DNA of 64,000 nt from Patescibacteria group bacterium (GCA_040390045.1 JAZJZC010000002.1:101113-165112); one strand, 5' to 3'; numbered from the stretch's first letter, positions 47,314 through 57,580 are shown. A program made the numbers and translations. The notes: a model not told the origin generated them from the letters alone.

Positions 47314-47655
47314 TGTCATCCTCGCGAATGCGGGGACCCAGGTATGATGTATTACGTTTACATTTTAGCTAGTCAACGGAACGGCACTTTGTATATTGGA
47401 ATTACTTCAGATTTACAAAAGAGAATTTATCAGCATAAAACAAATGCAGTTTAAGGATTTACTCAAAAATATGCTGTTCATACTTTGGTTTACTATGAAT
47501 ATACCGAGAATGTTGAAGCAGCAATTGCACGAGAGAAACAACTCAAAAAATGGAATCGCAAGTGGAAATTGGATTTAATTGAAAAAGATAATCCGCAATG
47601 GAGAGATTTGCAGGGGATGTTATGAGTCTGGATCCCCGCATTCGCGAGGATGACA
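47314..47655. mobile_element. REP-like 28-bp inverted repeats flanking a GIY-YIG gene
   Basis: TGTCATCCTCGCGAATGCGGGGACCCAG (47314-47341) vs CTGGATCCCCGCATTCGCGAGGATGACA (47628-47655): 27/28 complementary. Confidence 0.75.
47344..47625 (+). pseudogene. Small GIY-YIG nuclease with in-frame TAA at codon 37 (absent from ORF track)
   Basis: MMYYVYILASQRNGTLYIGITSDLQKRIYQHKTNAV*GFTQKYAVHTLVYYE...AIAREKQLKKWNRKWKLDLIEKDNPQWRDL. Confidence 0.9.
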
Positions 47656-47765
47656 GAGGGTTGTTTAGAAATGGCAATTTTGTAATTATAAAAAATAAAA
47701 GAAAAATTTGTACGATATATCGTACAAATAAAAACCCCATCGTGTAGAAGGGGTTGAATGACCGA

Positions 47766-48809
47766 TTATTTTTTCGGAAGTATTAGCAGTTGGCCGTCAC
47801 ATGGCCTTGTAAGATAGGTAAGATTGTTCTTGCCCAGATTGATATTTACAACCCGGCTTTTGCCGATTAGAAATCCCGCCGACGTTGACTCGGCGACGTG
47901 GTACACTTTCTCGCCGATCGGGAATGAAAGCTCGTTACTCGGAACAAAATCTCCAGCAACGAGAACCGTGACATGCGACGGGTAGTATCCCAGATAGTAG
48001 GGAATTTCGTACTGCTCGAGCAGGCTAGCAAGGAGCACTGCTTTCGCGCCACACGTGCCTGTTTTGGTGAGCAAGGTTTCCTCAGGTTTTTTTATGACCT
48101 GTCTGGAGTTTGCCCATTGTATCTCTTCCGGATCGTATTCGATTTCGGTAGAGACGAAGTCGAGGAGTTTCTGGGCGATTTTTTCAGGCTTGATTTCACC
48201 CTTAACCAGATTTTTCGCCAAGCGACTGAGCGACGGCTCTCCTTTTTTACCGACCACCGAGCCGAAATTGGCAATGACGTGATCGATTCCTCTGCCGTCT
48301 ACGTACTCAGAGAAAAAGTATTTTCCGCCAATCACCGATTTATTATCCATGAAGTCCGCCAGTTCCTGCGGAGTTGTTTCAAACTTCACGGACGGGTAAG
48401 GGACGACAATTTTTGCTTCGGAGTTGATCACGAAATTTTCCATCGGGAAACAGACAAGGCGTCTACCCTTTTGTGTGTACTGATATTTACCCAAATGAGC
48501 GAGGTCACCCCTTTCTTCACCCATCTCCACGTCCTCTAAGGGCAAACTGCAAACTTTTCGCAGGTCGCTCAGGAGTTTCGCCTTGGGAAATGACAGGTAC
48601 AGCATTCGACTGTCAAGGTCCAAAATTTCCAACTCGGCTTCCGTGCCCGTCAGTTGAGCCATTAGGTTTTCCGAGGAGAACTTGGGTTGCGCTAAAAAGT
48701 CGAGCATCGCCAAAGCGAGGGAACGCCGAGGTTTGATTGGAGATGACATGTGAACCAAGAAGCCAACGAGACCCAATAGCAACAAAATAGCAAAGATCTT
48801 TGTTTTCAT
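47766..48809 (-). CDS. Exported transglutaminase-like protein
   Basis: Signal/anchor helix; IEYD, PEETL...GTCGAKAVLLASLL, SHV, AEST. Confidence 0.75.
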   Translation of the reverse strand: MKTKIFAILLLLGLVGFLVHMSSPIKPRRSLALAMLDFLAQPKFSSENLMAQLTGTEAELEILDLDSRMLYLSFPKAKLLSDLRKVCSLPLEDVEMGEERGDLAHLGKYQYTQKGRRLVCFPMENFVINSEAKIVVPYPSVKFETTPQELADFMDNKSVIGGKYFFSEYVDGRGIDHVIANFGSVVGKKGEPSLSRLAKNLVKGEIKPEKIAQKLLDFVSTEIEYDPEEIQWANSRQVIKKPEETLLTKTGTCGAKAVLLASLLEQYEIPYYLGYYPSHVTVLVAGDFVPSNELSFPIGEKVYHVAESTSAGFLIGKSRVVNINLGKNNLTYLTRPCDGQLLILPKK

Positions 48810-48994
48810 TTTCAGAATAACGGAGATTGCGGTTTACGAAACTAATTTATTTTTAACACAACTTACGCTAATTTGTCAAATTTTTGTCTCGAGTTTTATC
48901 CACCTTCAAAGTGCAAAAAAGCTTTTATTTCAAGCTCATTTTTGCTATACTTGTGTTACCTAAAAGCACAAAGCTTTTTTAATTTTGTATCAAA

Positions 48995-51058
48995 ATGGCC
49001 AAAGAAAAGGAAGAAAAGGAAGAAAAGAAAGGCAATTATAGCGCTCAGGACATCACTGTTTTGGAGGGTTTGGAACCTGTCCGTAAGCGTCCGGGAATGT
49101 ACATCGGAACCACTGGTCCCGACGGTTTGCATCACCTCATCACTGAAATTTTCGACAACTCTCGCGACGAAGCGATGGGAGGTTTTTGTAATGATATTGA
49201 AATCACCCTGTTACCGGAGAACCGCGTGCGCGTGGTAGACAATGGCCGAGGAATTCCTGTGGACATTCACAAACAATCAAAAGTTTCTGCCCTTGAAACG
49301 ATCATGACAACACTCCACGCTGGAGGAAAATTCGGTGGGGAAGGCTACAAAGTTTCGGGCGGACTTCACGGAGTCGGTGCCTCTGTCGTTAATGCCCTTT
49401 CGATTTTTTGTGAAGTGGTAGTGCATCGAGACGGTGGAGTTTTTGTTCAGGAATACAAACAAGGTAAGAAAAAATCTGCCGTTAAAAAAATTGGTAAGTC
49501 AGATCTTCACGGCACGATTACTACTTTTGAACCTGACAAAGAAATTTTCAAGGAAGGAACAGTCTTTGATTTCAACCGCGTTTTGGGACACATGCGCCAG
49601 CAAGCCTATCTCGTGAAAGCGTTGCGAATTTCCGTCATCGACGCCCGCGAAACAAAAGTGCCGATTGATACTGCCGACATTTTTTATCTCCGCGAACTCG
49701 GACTCGATTTCCCATCCCAAACATTTTATTTCGAGGGAGGTTTGCTTTCCTTGGTAAAATTTTCTAACCAGTTTTTAAAACCAGTTCACAAAAATATTTT
49801 TTACGTTGAGAAAAAAGTAGAAGGTATTGAGTCTGTCGAGGTGGCGCTTCAATATGTCGACGATATTTCCGCCCGCATTTTACCTTTCGCCAACAACATT
49901 TACACCGGCGAAGGAGGTACACATATTACCGGTTTCAAAACTGCGCTCACCAGAACTATCAATAGTTACGCTCGCAAGGGTGGTCTAGTAAAAGAGAGCG
50001 AAGATAATTTTACCGGCGAAGATGTGCTCGAAGGATTGACCGCCGTGGTTTCGGTCAAGCTCCGCGAAATTCAATTTGAAGGTCAGACCAAATCAAAACT
50101 TGGAAGTGTTGAAGCTCAGGGCGCAGTCGCCACCGTTTTCGGCGAAGCCTTTACCGCGTTTCTTGAGGAAAATCCTGATGATGCCAAAGCCATTGTTTAC
50201 AAAGTAGTTTTGGCGCTTAAGGCGCGAAAGGCTGCCAAGGCGGCAAAGGATTCAGTATTGCGAAAGGGTGCACTGGAAGGCATGACGTTGCCTGGAAAAC
50301 TGGCTGATTGTCAGAGTAAGGATGCGTCTGAATCAGAACTTTTTATTGTGGAGGGAGATTCGGCCGGAGGTACGGCAAAAACAGGACGAGATCGAAAAAC
50401 TCAAGCCATCTTGCCGCTCCGAGGAAAAATTTTAAACATCGAACGAGCGCGACTCGACAAGATGCTCGACTCTGAGCAGATTAAAAATTTGGTGGTGGCG
50501 ATCGGCACAGCCATCGGAGATACGTTTGATTTGGCTAAATTGCGATATCACAAAATTATTATCGCTACTGATGCCGACGTCGACGGGGCTCACATTCGCA
50601 CACTTATTCTGACGCTCTTTTACCGACATTTCAAACCACTCATTGAAGGCGGATTTATTTATATTGCTCAGCCGCCACTGTACAAAGTAAAACGTGGAAA
50701 AGAAATTTTGTATTTTTATAGTGAAGAGGAAAAAACCAAAGCTCTTGGCAAAGAAGAAATTCCGCTCGATGAAAGTGGATCTGAAGAAACAGAGGAAGCT
50801 GAATCCGAGGAGGAAGAGAAGGTTGGTAAAACTAAAACAGCCAAGGTTTCAATTCAACGTTACAAAGGTCTCGGAGAAATGAATGCTGAAGAACTTTGGG
50901 AGACGACCATGGATCCTGAAAAACGAATTCTAAAACAGGTTCGAATTGAAGACGCACAGGACGCGGACAAAGTATTTGATATGCTCATGGGAACCGATGT
51001 TCCTTCTCGCAAAAGCTTTATTCAGTCAAACGCGAAGTTGGCGAACCTCGATATTTAA
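48995..51058 (+). CDS. gyrB: DNA gyrase (type IIA topoisomerase) subunit B
   Basis: VRKRPGMYIG, DNGRGIP, GGLHGVG, VEGDSAGG, PLRGK, DADVDG, QRYKGLGEMN. Confidence 0.95.
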   Translation: MAKEKEEKEEKKGNYSAQDITVLEGLEPVRKRPGMYIGTTGPDGLHHLITEIFDNSRDEAMGGFCNDIEITLLPENRVRVVDNGRGIPVDIHKQSKVSALETIMTTLHAGGKFGGEGYKVSGGLHGVGASVVNALSIFCEVVVHRDGGVFVQEYKQGKKKSAVKKIGKSDLHGTITTFEPDKEIFKEGTVFDFNRVLGHMRQQAYLVKALRISVIDARETKVPIDTADIFYLRELGLDFPSQTFYFEGGLLSLVKFSNQFLKPVHKNIFYVEKKVEGIESVEVALQYVDDISARILPFANNIYTGEGGTHITGFKTALTRTINSYARKGGLVKESEDNFTGEDVLEGLTAVVSVKLREIQFEGQTKSKLGSVEAQGAVATVFGEAFTAFLEENPDDAKAIVYKVVLALKARKAAKAAKDSVLRKGALEGMTLPGKLADCQSKDASESELFIVEGDSAGGTAKTGRDRKTQAILPLRGKILNIERARLDKMLDSEQIKNLVVAIGTAIGDTFDLAKLRYHKIIIATDADVDGAHIRTLILTLFYRHFKPLIEGGFIYIAQPPLYKVKRGKEILYFYSEEEKTKALGKEEIPLDESGSEETEEAESEEEEKVGKTKTAKVSIQRYKGLGEMNAEELWETTMDPEKRILKQVRIEDAQDADKVFDMLMGTDVPSRKSFIQSNAKLANLDI

Positions 51059-51065
51059 GGCGCTC

Positions 51066-51274
51066 GGAATCATTTCCCAAGAACACGGATAAAGCCGGCC
51101 AGCGCCGGCTTTTCCTATGCTCAACTCGCCACAGTCAAGAGCCCCTCGCGATTACACTCAGGGTCGTTGACTGACCAGCTGGCTCGTTTCCGCAATGTTC
51201 TTGGGAAATGATTCCTCGCTGAGATACCCCCTTAAACTTCAGAAAGTTTAAGGGGGTAGGGGGAAATCTCAGCA
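51066..51274. repeat. Structured element with perfect 20-bp terminal inverted repeats, followed by a second hairpin
   Basis: GGAATCATTTCCCAAGAACA 51066-51085 / TGTTCTTGGGAAATGATTCC 51196-51215; then ACCCCCTTAAACTT/AAGTTTAAGGGGGT. Confidence 0.75.
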
Positions 51275-51379
51275 CTTCTGTTCATAGTCTTACTTGTCTT
51301 CAGTTTTTGGAGGAGTATCATTAAGTTATTGTGGAATTTCTAGAAAAGCATTTTAAAAATTAGTATTTATTAATCATTT

Positions 51380-53812
51380 ATGGGATTACGTGAAAAGTTA
51401 TTAGCTGCAGGGGCAGAAAAGTTAGCTACACAAGAACAGGAAGCAACGAGTATCAGAGAAAGACTTGTACGCGAAGCAAAAGAAAAAGAAGCGGCAAGTG
51501 TTCGAATGGAAATTGCCGCTTTGACTGATAAAAAAGCTAAATTGGAGGCAGCTTTGGCTGATCTCGAGGCGTCCTATACAGAATTAGCGCACGATAGATC
51601 ATCATTAAAAACTGGCAGAAGAGAGGTTGCTCAAAAGAAAGCAGGCAAGGAAAGCTCAGAACGAAAAATTGTTGCTTTGCTCGATGTTCTCACCCCAAGG
51701 GAGGGCGAAACCCGAGAGGATCAAATGCTTCGCGAAGCTCTACAAGCAAGAGGTCTCACTACCGCAGAACAAATTATTGCTCATCCAGAGTTTCAAGACG
51801 ATCCTGACGTAGTAGGTTTAAAACGTGGTGAGGTTGAAGTTACCACTTCCAAAGAAGCTCTAAAACCAAAAAAGCGTGCTCTGGTTGATAAGTATTTAGG
51901 AGAAGAAGTTGCTCCAGCAACAGAGGCTGATGTTCCAGAAACCAAGAAAAAAAGAGTGGGTGGAGCACGAGTAGCGCGACAGGCGGTTAAAGAGGCCATC
52001 CCAGAAATCGTAGAAGGTGGAGAAAATTTTTCATTTGCAGGGAAAAATCGTCCAGAATCAGTCAAAAAATTGAAAGCACATCTTAAAGTAATGCAAGAAG
52101 AGATTGGTGCTCTTGAATTGAAAACTCCAGAAGGTCAAGCGGAACTTAAAAAGAGGTTTGAAAGATTTTACGCAAACCGTTTTCAGGATAAGAACTATTT
52201 CGTTAGAGCAGAAAGGGGTGTGCCACGTAATTTTGTTGATCAAAGCGATATTGCCGATGCAGAGAAATACGGTGTTGAGGTAATAAAAGGCACCCTCAAA
52301 GAACAAGTGCAAGCAAGACTGGCGACAGAAGTTGAAAAGGCAAAAGGCACAGTCGGGGTGGTTAAGGCCAAAAATGACGTAGTAAAAATTGAAAGCTCAG
52401 AGCAAAAGCTAGAGCCATTTATTGGAAGAGTGCATGTTCTCGAAAGGAAAAGACAAGAAGTTCTCGCCGCTCTAAAAGCAAAGGAAAAAGACGTTGCTGG
52501 TTTAATCAGACATTATTTTGGCGATGAAAGCAGTAATGGACGTGGCTTTCAGCCTATGTTGAAAAGCGATCCTACTCGAGCTTGGCTGTATTATCTTGAA
52601 AAATTTTCATGCCAGTTTTTGCTTGAAGCTACTAGAGACGGTGGCACCAGTGATGAAACTATTAGAAGAGGTGTCCCGGCCGTGATGCTGGAATTTCTCC
52701 AGAAGAAAAGAGGAGATTCTTTCAATTCAAAGGACCCTGTCGCAAGTATGTTTGATACTGAATCTTTTGAAAAAGGTCTTGTAATATATGAGCAATTTTT
52801 AAATGAAGTTTCAAACATTGTAACTAATCAGCCTGAAAGTATTGCGGGTAGTGAACGTCGTTCAGGAAGTGATGCAATGGTTCTTGCTGATAAGTTTAGA
52901 GATGCTTCTAAGCTAAACCCTTACCAAAGTGTCCGTATTGAAAGTGAACAGGTTATGGCGTCAGTAAATGCTGGACGTAGTTTAGATCAAATTAAGAAGA
53001 ATATACAAGAAGCTGAAAAACCTTTTGATCAAGCTCGAAAGGAGCGTGGTGAATATTTGGATCGATTGGTGGATAAGGAGTGGGCGGAGGAGGAAGAAAA
53101 AGCTTTTTCAAGGGCGCATTCTGAAACGGCAGATATTAGCCAGAAAGCGGAGAGAATAAGGGTGCAAAAAGAGGTTGCGCAAGAGTTGTCTCCACTAGTT
53201 TTAAAAGCCAGAACAAGTCTTTTGTCTGGTGAATTTGGTCCAGATAAAACTTCTGGAGAGTTTCAGATTAGTTTGGACCGTGAAGGCTATCCACGGGTCA
53301 CACATACTGAGTATGATTCTGCTTCACAAGAATACAATACAGCACAAAAAGAATTAGAATTACTTAAAAATAAAATTCTAGAAAATGAAAGACAAGAACG
53401 GCCTCGAAAGTGGTTCGGAGAGAAACCGCTAGATGTGGAGCTTAAACGCTTAAAGGCTGATCAACCAATTAAGGCTGAACGTTTTGCTGCGGCTGAGCAA
53501 AGATATAATGCAATTGATGTTCAGACGAAGAGTGTTTATACAGCATTCAGCGAGCTTCATAAGTTGATTCCAAGAGGCGGTTTTGAGATCGACTCTAATC
53601 CTAGGCCTCTTCCTGAATTTATCGATATGCTTCAAAGGATAAGTAATGAAGCTTCCTCTGCAACCCTATCTCCTGAAGAGCAAAAGATTTTTAATGAATT
53701 TATTCGGTTGAGACGAAAAACCACACAAGCGACTGTAGAAGTCCAAGGAGCCAAGGGTATAAGTAGAGATACTATTGAGAAACTTCGAGAACTTAGGTAC
53801 GGATTAACCTAA
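51380..53812 (+). CDS. Large charged coiled-coil hypothetical protein
   Basis: 810-aa ORF, E/K/R-rich heptads, no recognisable catalytic motif. Confidence 0.8.
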   Translation: MGLREKLLAAGAEKLATQEQEATSIRERLVREAKEKEAASVRMEIAALTDKKAKLEAALADLEASYTELAHDRSSLKTGRREVAQKKAGKESSERKIVALLDVLTPREGETREDQMLREALQARGLTTAEQIIAHPEFQDDPDVVGLKRGEVEVTTSKEALKPKKRALVDKYLGEEVAPATEADVPETKKKRVGGARVARQAVKEAIPEIVEGGENFSFAGKNRPESVKKLKAHLKVMQEEIGALELKTPEGQAELKKRFERFYANRFQDKNYFVRAERGVPRNFVDQSDIADAEKYGVEVIKGTLKEQVQARLATEVEKAKGTVGVVKAKNDVVKIESSEQKLEPFIGRVHVLERKRQEVLAALKAKEKDVAGLIRHYFGDESSNGRGFQPMLKSDPTRAWLYYLEKFSCQFLLEATRDGGTSDETIRRGVPAVMLEFLQKKRGDSFNSKDPVASMFDTESFEKGLVIYEQFLNEVSNIVTNQPESIAGSERRSGSDAMVLADKFRDASKLNPYQSVRIESEQVMASVNAGRSLDQIKKNIQEAEKPFDQARKERGEYLDRLVDKEWAEEEEKAFSRAHSETADISQKAERIRVQKEVAQELSPLVLKARTSLLSGEFGPDKTSGEFQISLDREGYPRVTHTEYDSASQEYNTAQKELELLKNKILENERQERPRKWFGEKPLDVELKRLKADQPIKAERFAAAEQRYNAIDVQTKSVYTAFSELHKLIPRGGFEIDSNPRPLPEFIDMLQRISNEASSATLSPEEQKIFNEFIRLRRKTTQATVEVQGAKGISRDTIEKLRELRYGLT

Positions 53813-53858
53813 TATGGTTGCATAGGATAATTTAGAACACGCGAAATGTTTGTGTTTT

Positions 53859-53890
53859 AAAAATTGCGCAACAGCTGTTGCGCAATTTTT
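53859..53890. repeat. Perfect 32-bp palindrome (possible terminator)
   Basis: AAAAATTGCGCAACAG|CTGTTGCGCAATTTTT. Confidence 0.8.
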
Positions 53891-53955
53891 TGCTAGTGAT
53901 ACCATAAAGAACCAGAGAGTCTCTATTGAAATTTGGAAAACAGAAAGCAAAACCT

Positions 53956-54444
53956 ATGAGCGGACGTTGTGGTTTCCATCCGGATGGCCCTTGGAAAAGG
54001 GTCAGTTCTCACCCGAGTGCTTCAAACTACAGTTTGGTTTTCGGACCATACCTGGAAGTGCTTCACGCGCATCCAGTCGATGAACCAGCTGATTTCACTC
54101 AGCCCTTCCTCTCGATTTCTTTCGCGCTTCCCGGCGTACGAGAAGATTTGCGAATTCAGGTTCGGGCAGAGCCTGATCCAATCAAGTTGTGTGCCTTTCT
54201 GGCTCATAACATTAAGGCCGCACGGAGCGGAGTCGTTGGAACTTTTTTCTACACCTGTTGTGGGAATGTGCCAGCCCACGATCCACTGAAAACCTTGCTT
54301 CATTCGTTCGATAAGTGGGGAGGCTGGTGCGAAGAGGGGCTACCGCTTCACGACGAAATTCTGTTGGCCTGCCAACGCGCGCGTACGCAAGTACCACGGC
54401 AAGTTTTGCCGGTGCGACCTCTTTGTTCTTGTCTTCAGGCTTAA
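53956..54444 (+). CDS. Hypothetical Cys/His-rich protein
   Basis: Longest ORF in region, start taken at MSGRCG; hairpin downstream. Confidence 0.5.
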   Translation: MSGRCGFHPDGPWKRVSSHPSASNYSLVFGPYLEVLHAHPVDEPADFTQPFLSISFALPGVREDLRIQVRAEPDPIKLCAFLAHNIKAARSGVVGTFFYTCCGNVPAHDPLKTLLHSFDKWGGWCEEGLPLHDEILLACQRARTQVPRQVLPVRPLCSCLQA

Positions 54445-54527
54445 TATAGCGATAAACTCAACCGATTGGCGGCTGAGTTTTTTCTTCGGCGGAAAGGTTG
54501 AGCCTTACGGAAAGAAAAAAAGCAATC

Positions 54528-54764
54528 CTAAGATTGCTTTTGACGAGTGAAAATTAAGTAGCGTGTACCGGCTACAACGAGCGGCCCCTCTAGGTAGCCA
54601 TTTCCGATGCTGATGCCCTCGAGAATGTCGTGGGCTCTCGAAGCACTAGCGTTGATCACGTACCTCTTGGGAGAAATTTCAAGCTCGCCTTGCGCGAGTT
54701 CGGCAACGTGCCGGGATACGAAATCCTGGTCAGCGCTATCGACGAAAGTTGAGTTGAGTTTCAT
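54528..54764 (-). CDS. Small hypothetical protein
   Basis: 78 aa; upstream TTGACT-N17-TAAAAT-like promoter. Confidence 0.55.
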   Translation of the reverse strand: MKLNSTFVDSADQDFVSRHVAELAQGELEISPKRYVINASASRAHDILEGISIGNGYLEGPLVVAGTRYLIFTRQKQS

Positions 54765-54810
54765 ATTTCGAGTTATTTTATAGCATTATAATAAAATTTA
54801 GTCAACTTTC

Positions 54811-55755
54811 TTACGTGATCCTCTTCTGTAAGTCGACTCGGGCTTTTGCGGGGTCTTGATTACCTTTTCTTAGGGTATCGATTATATCCTCTAGTTGTTT
54901 TAAATCTGTCGCTTTTGCCGTCTCATCTGGGGTTCCATTGTAGGTACCAGTTCCGAAATCTATAATGTGAGGTGATAAAGTTTCGTAATCAAACATGATA
55001 TTTCGCAGGCTCAAGTCCCCGTGATAGATTCCTTCTTTGTGTAAAATATCCAACCCATTGCGCAAAGTTTTTTCTGCTGCACCCACATCTATTCTTCGCA
55101 GCGTATCCGGTTCATTTAGGATAATTTTTTCGAGATTTGAACCTTTTATTTTATCCATCAAAAGTAGTGAAAGTTTTTCAGTCACCATGTACATGTCCGG
55201 TGTTCCTTCTTCACCAGTTTCCTCGTGTTTCATTTGCACCACACTGGTGATATTGGGAACAAAATCTTTTAGTCCTGCTCTTGAAGCGATAAGGTGAGCG
55301 GCGTGAGTAATTGTAGCTTCGTACACAGGTCTATTCTGTGGTGTAAAGGCAAAACCCTTTGATACGAACTGTCTTTTTTTCGCTTTAATACCGTCAAAAT
55401 ATTCTTCGACTGCACGTAATTTTTTTGCTGGAGGAGGCAACCGGTCGTATTTTTTGCTCTTTTGATTGACTAGTAATTGGTCCCATACACATTTTATACA
55501 ATATGGTGAGCCGTCTTCTGTTTCAAAAACCAATGCATGGTTGCCGCCATCAAGAAATCTTTTTGGATCAGAAATAATTCGTTCGTATGCCCCTCGGAAA
55601 ATGAGCGCCTCCTCAGATGTTAGTTCTTCCGGAGTAGAAGTGGTTTCGACGCTTTCATTACCTAACACTTCTTTCAGGCGAATAATTTTCCAATCCATTT
55701 CAGAGGTTTCCGCTTTTGCCGGAGTGGTTTCTGTCACTGGTGTTCTTTCGCTCAT
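54811..55755 (-). CDS. Protein kinase-like protein (Bud32/RIO/Kdo-like fold)
   Basis: Gly-loop-like DGGNHALVF, IK, LLMDKIKG, HGDLSLRNIM, IIDFG. Confidence 0.75.
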   Translation of the reverse strand: MSERTPVTETTPAKAETSEMDWKIIRLKEVLGNESVETTSTPEELTSEEALIFRGAYERIISDPKRFLDGGNHALVFETEDGSPYCIKCVWDQLLVNQKSKKYDRLPPPAKKLRAVEEYFDGIKAKKRQFVSKGFAFTPQNRPVYEATITHAAHLIASRAGLKDFVPNITSVVQMKHEETGEEGTPDMYMVTEKLSLLLMDKIKGSNLEKIILNEPDTLRRIDVGAAEKTLRNGLDILHKEGIYHGDLSLRNIMFDYETLSPHIIDFGTGTYNGTPDETAKATDLKQLEDIIDTLRKGNQDPAKARVDLQKRIT

Positions 55756-55761
55756 AGAAAA

Positions 55762-57516
55762 TTACAGTTTCTTTGTTACTTCACCTTTGAGTTTCGTGAC
55801 AATTTCCGCAACATCAAGTTGGCCTAGGTTTCCTTTGTCGCGACTTTCGAGGGTGACTTTTTCTGCGGCGATGTCTTTGTCACCGATGATTATAAAGTAG
55901 GGAATTTTCATCGATTTAGCTTCGCGGATTTTTTTACCGAAACCTTGATCAGAGTTGTCGAGGTCAACGCGAAGGCCAGCCGCCAAAAGTGCGGTGGCCG
56001 CGCTTTTGGCGGCTTCGTTGTGTTTTTCCTCAATTGGAATAATTTTTACTTGGGTTGGTGCAAGCCAGAGAGGGAAGGCGCCAGCTGTGTGTTCAATCAA
56101 AATACCGATGAAGCGTTCAAGAGAACCATAAATAACTCGATGAACTACCACAGGTGTTTTTCTTGATCCATCTTTGTCGGTATAGTGAAGTTCAAATCGC
56201 AATGGTTGTTGAAAATCAAGTTGAATAGTACCCATTTGCCATTCTCGGCCGATAGAATCCTTCATAAGAATGTCGATTTTTGGGCCGTAAAAAGCACCAT
56301 CGCCTTCAGCCACAATATATGCCTTTTTAGATTTTTCCAATATTTCTCGCAAAGCTTTTTCTGCTTTATCCCAAGTTGTCGCTTCTCCCATGAATTCTTT
56401 TGGTCGAGTTCCCAAACGGAATGAGTATTCAAGATTAAAAATTCCGTAGAAATTTTTACAGACCTCAAAGATATGCTCGTATTCCGCGGCGATCATGTCT
56501 TCCGAAATAAAATTGTGAGAATCGTCTTGTTGAAACGACCGTACTCGTAAAAGTCCGTTTAAAGTTCCGGAACGTTCATAGCGATGAAGTCTGTCTGTAT
56601 CAGAAAGTCGAAGTGGCAATTGCTTATAGCTTACTTGCATAGATTGGAAAACAATCATGGCGTTCGGGCAGTTCATTGGCTTGATGCCATACACTTCATT
56701 TTCGCCCATGTCGGCGATAAACATGTCATCTTTGTAGTGATTCCAATGTCCTGAAGTTTTCCAAAGGTCAGATTTGTTGACGAGTGGGCTTGATATTTCC
56801 TGATACCCAAGTTTGTCGTGTTCAGTTCTCCAGAAATTCACGAGTTCATTGTACAACTTCAAACCATTCGGTAACCAATAAGGCATTCCAGGAGAAGTTT
56901 CGTGGAACATAAAGAGTCCAAGATCCTTTCCGAGTTTTTTATGATCTCGTTTTTTTGCTTCCTCGATTTGTTTCTCGTAGGCTTCAAGTTCAGCGGCAGT
57001 ATTAAAAGCCAAGCCGTAAATGCGGGTAAGCATTTTATTTTTTTCATCACCACGCCAGTAGGCTCCGGCGACACGTTCAAGTTTGAAAGAACTTTTGTCG
57101 ATATCTTGGGCTGGGTTTTCTGCGTGGCCGCCACGACAGAGATCGGTAAATTTTCCGACAGTATAGAGGGTTATTTTCTCGCCTTTCGCAGCAATTTCTT
57201 TTATGAGTTCGAGTTTGTACGGGTTTCCCTTGTAGATCTCGCTGGCCTCTTTTTCTGAAACTTCCTTGTGAGAAAAAGCCTTCCAAGATTTCAAAGTTTC
57301 CCGCATTTTCTTTTCGATTTTTTGCAGTTCCTTATCCGATATAGGCGCGCTAAATTCAAAATCGTAATAGAAACCATTATCAATGGCTGGTCCAATGGTC
57401 AGTTTTGTATCTGGCCACAACTCCTGTACAGACGCTCCCAAAAGATGGGCGAGAGTGTGTCTCGCATGCGCTAATTTTTCCAAACTACTTTCATTTGTTT
57501 CTTTTGGCGAATTCAT
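55762..57516 (-). CDS. thrS: Threonyl-tRNA synthetase
   Basis: RHTLAHL, GFYYDF, DLCRGGH, RDHKKLG, KPMNCP, GAFYGPKID, GSLERF. Confidence 0.97.
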   Translation of the reverse strand: MNSPKETNESSLEKLAHARHTLAHLLGASVQELWPDTKLTIGPAIDNGFYYDFEFSAPISDKELQKIEKKMRETLKSWKAFSHKEVSEKEASEIYKGNPYKLELIKEIAAKGEKITLYTVGKFTDLCRGGHAENPAQDIDKSSFKLERVAGAYWRGDEKNKMLTRIYGLAFNTAAELEAYEKQIEEAKKRDHKKLGKDLGLFMFHETSPGMPYWLPNGLKLYNELVNFWRTEHDKLGYQEISSPLVNKSDLWKTSGHWNHYKDDMFIADMGENEVYGIKPMNCPNAMIVFQSMQVSYKQLPLRLSDTDRLHRYERSGTLNGLLRVRSFQQDDSHNFISEDMIAAEYEHIFEVCKNFYGIFNLEYSFRLGTRPKEFMGEATTWDKAEKALREILEKSKKAYIVAEGDGAFYGPKIDILMKDSIGREWQMGTIQLDFQQPLRFELHYTDKDGSRKTPVVVHRVIYGSLERFIGILIEHTAGAFPLWLAPTQVKIIPIEEKHNEAAKSAATALLAAGLRVDLDNSDQGFGKKIREAKSMKIPYFIIIGDKDIAAEKVTLESRDKGNLGQLDVAEIVTKLKGEVTKKL

Positions 57517-57554
57517 CGAGCAATCATAACAGTTTTGTAAAAAGCTCGCACCTA

Positions 57555-57580
57555 TTGACATTAGTAAAATAATGTGTAAG
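57555..57580 (+). promoter_or_regulatory. Sigma70-type promoter, near duplicate of 58156-58181
   Basis: TTGACATTAGTAAAATAATGTGTAA vs TTGACATAATTAAAATAATGTGTAA. Confidence 0.65.

Noticed and set aside
47452-47454. Stop-codon reassignment (code 25) explaining the GIY-YIG stop
   Set aside because: The stop is TAA, and TGA ends conserved genes here (pilD, gatC), so code 11 applies.
47314-47655. Integron cassette or IS element
   Set aside because: No attC RYYYAAC/GTTRRRY ends, integrase or transposase; no clear target-site duplication.
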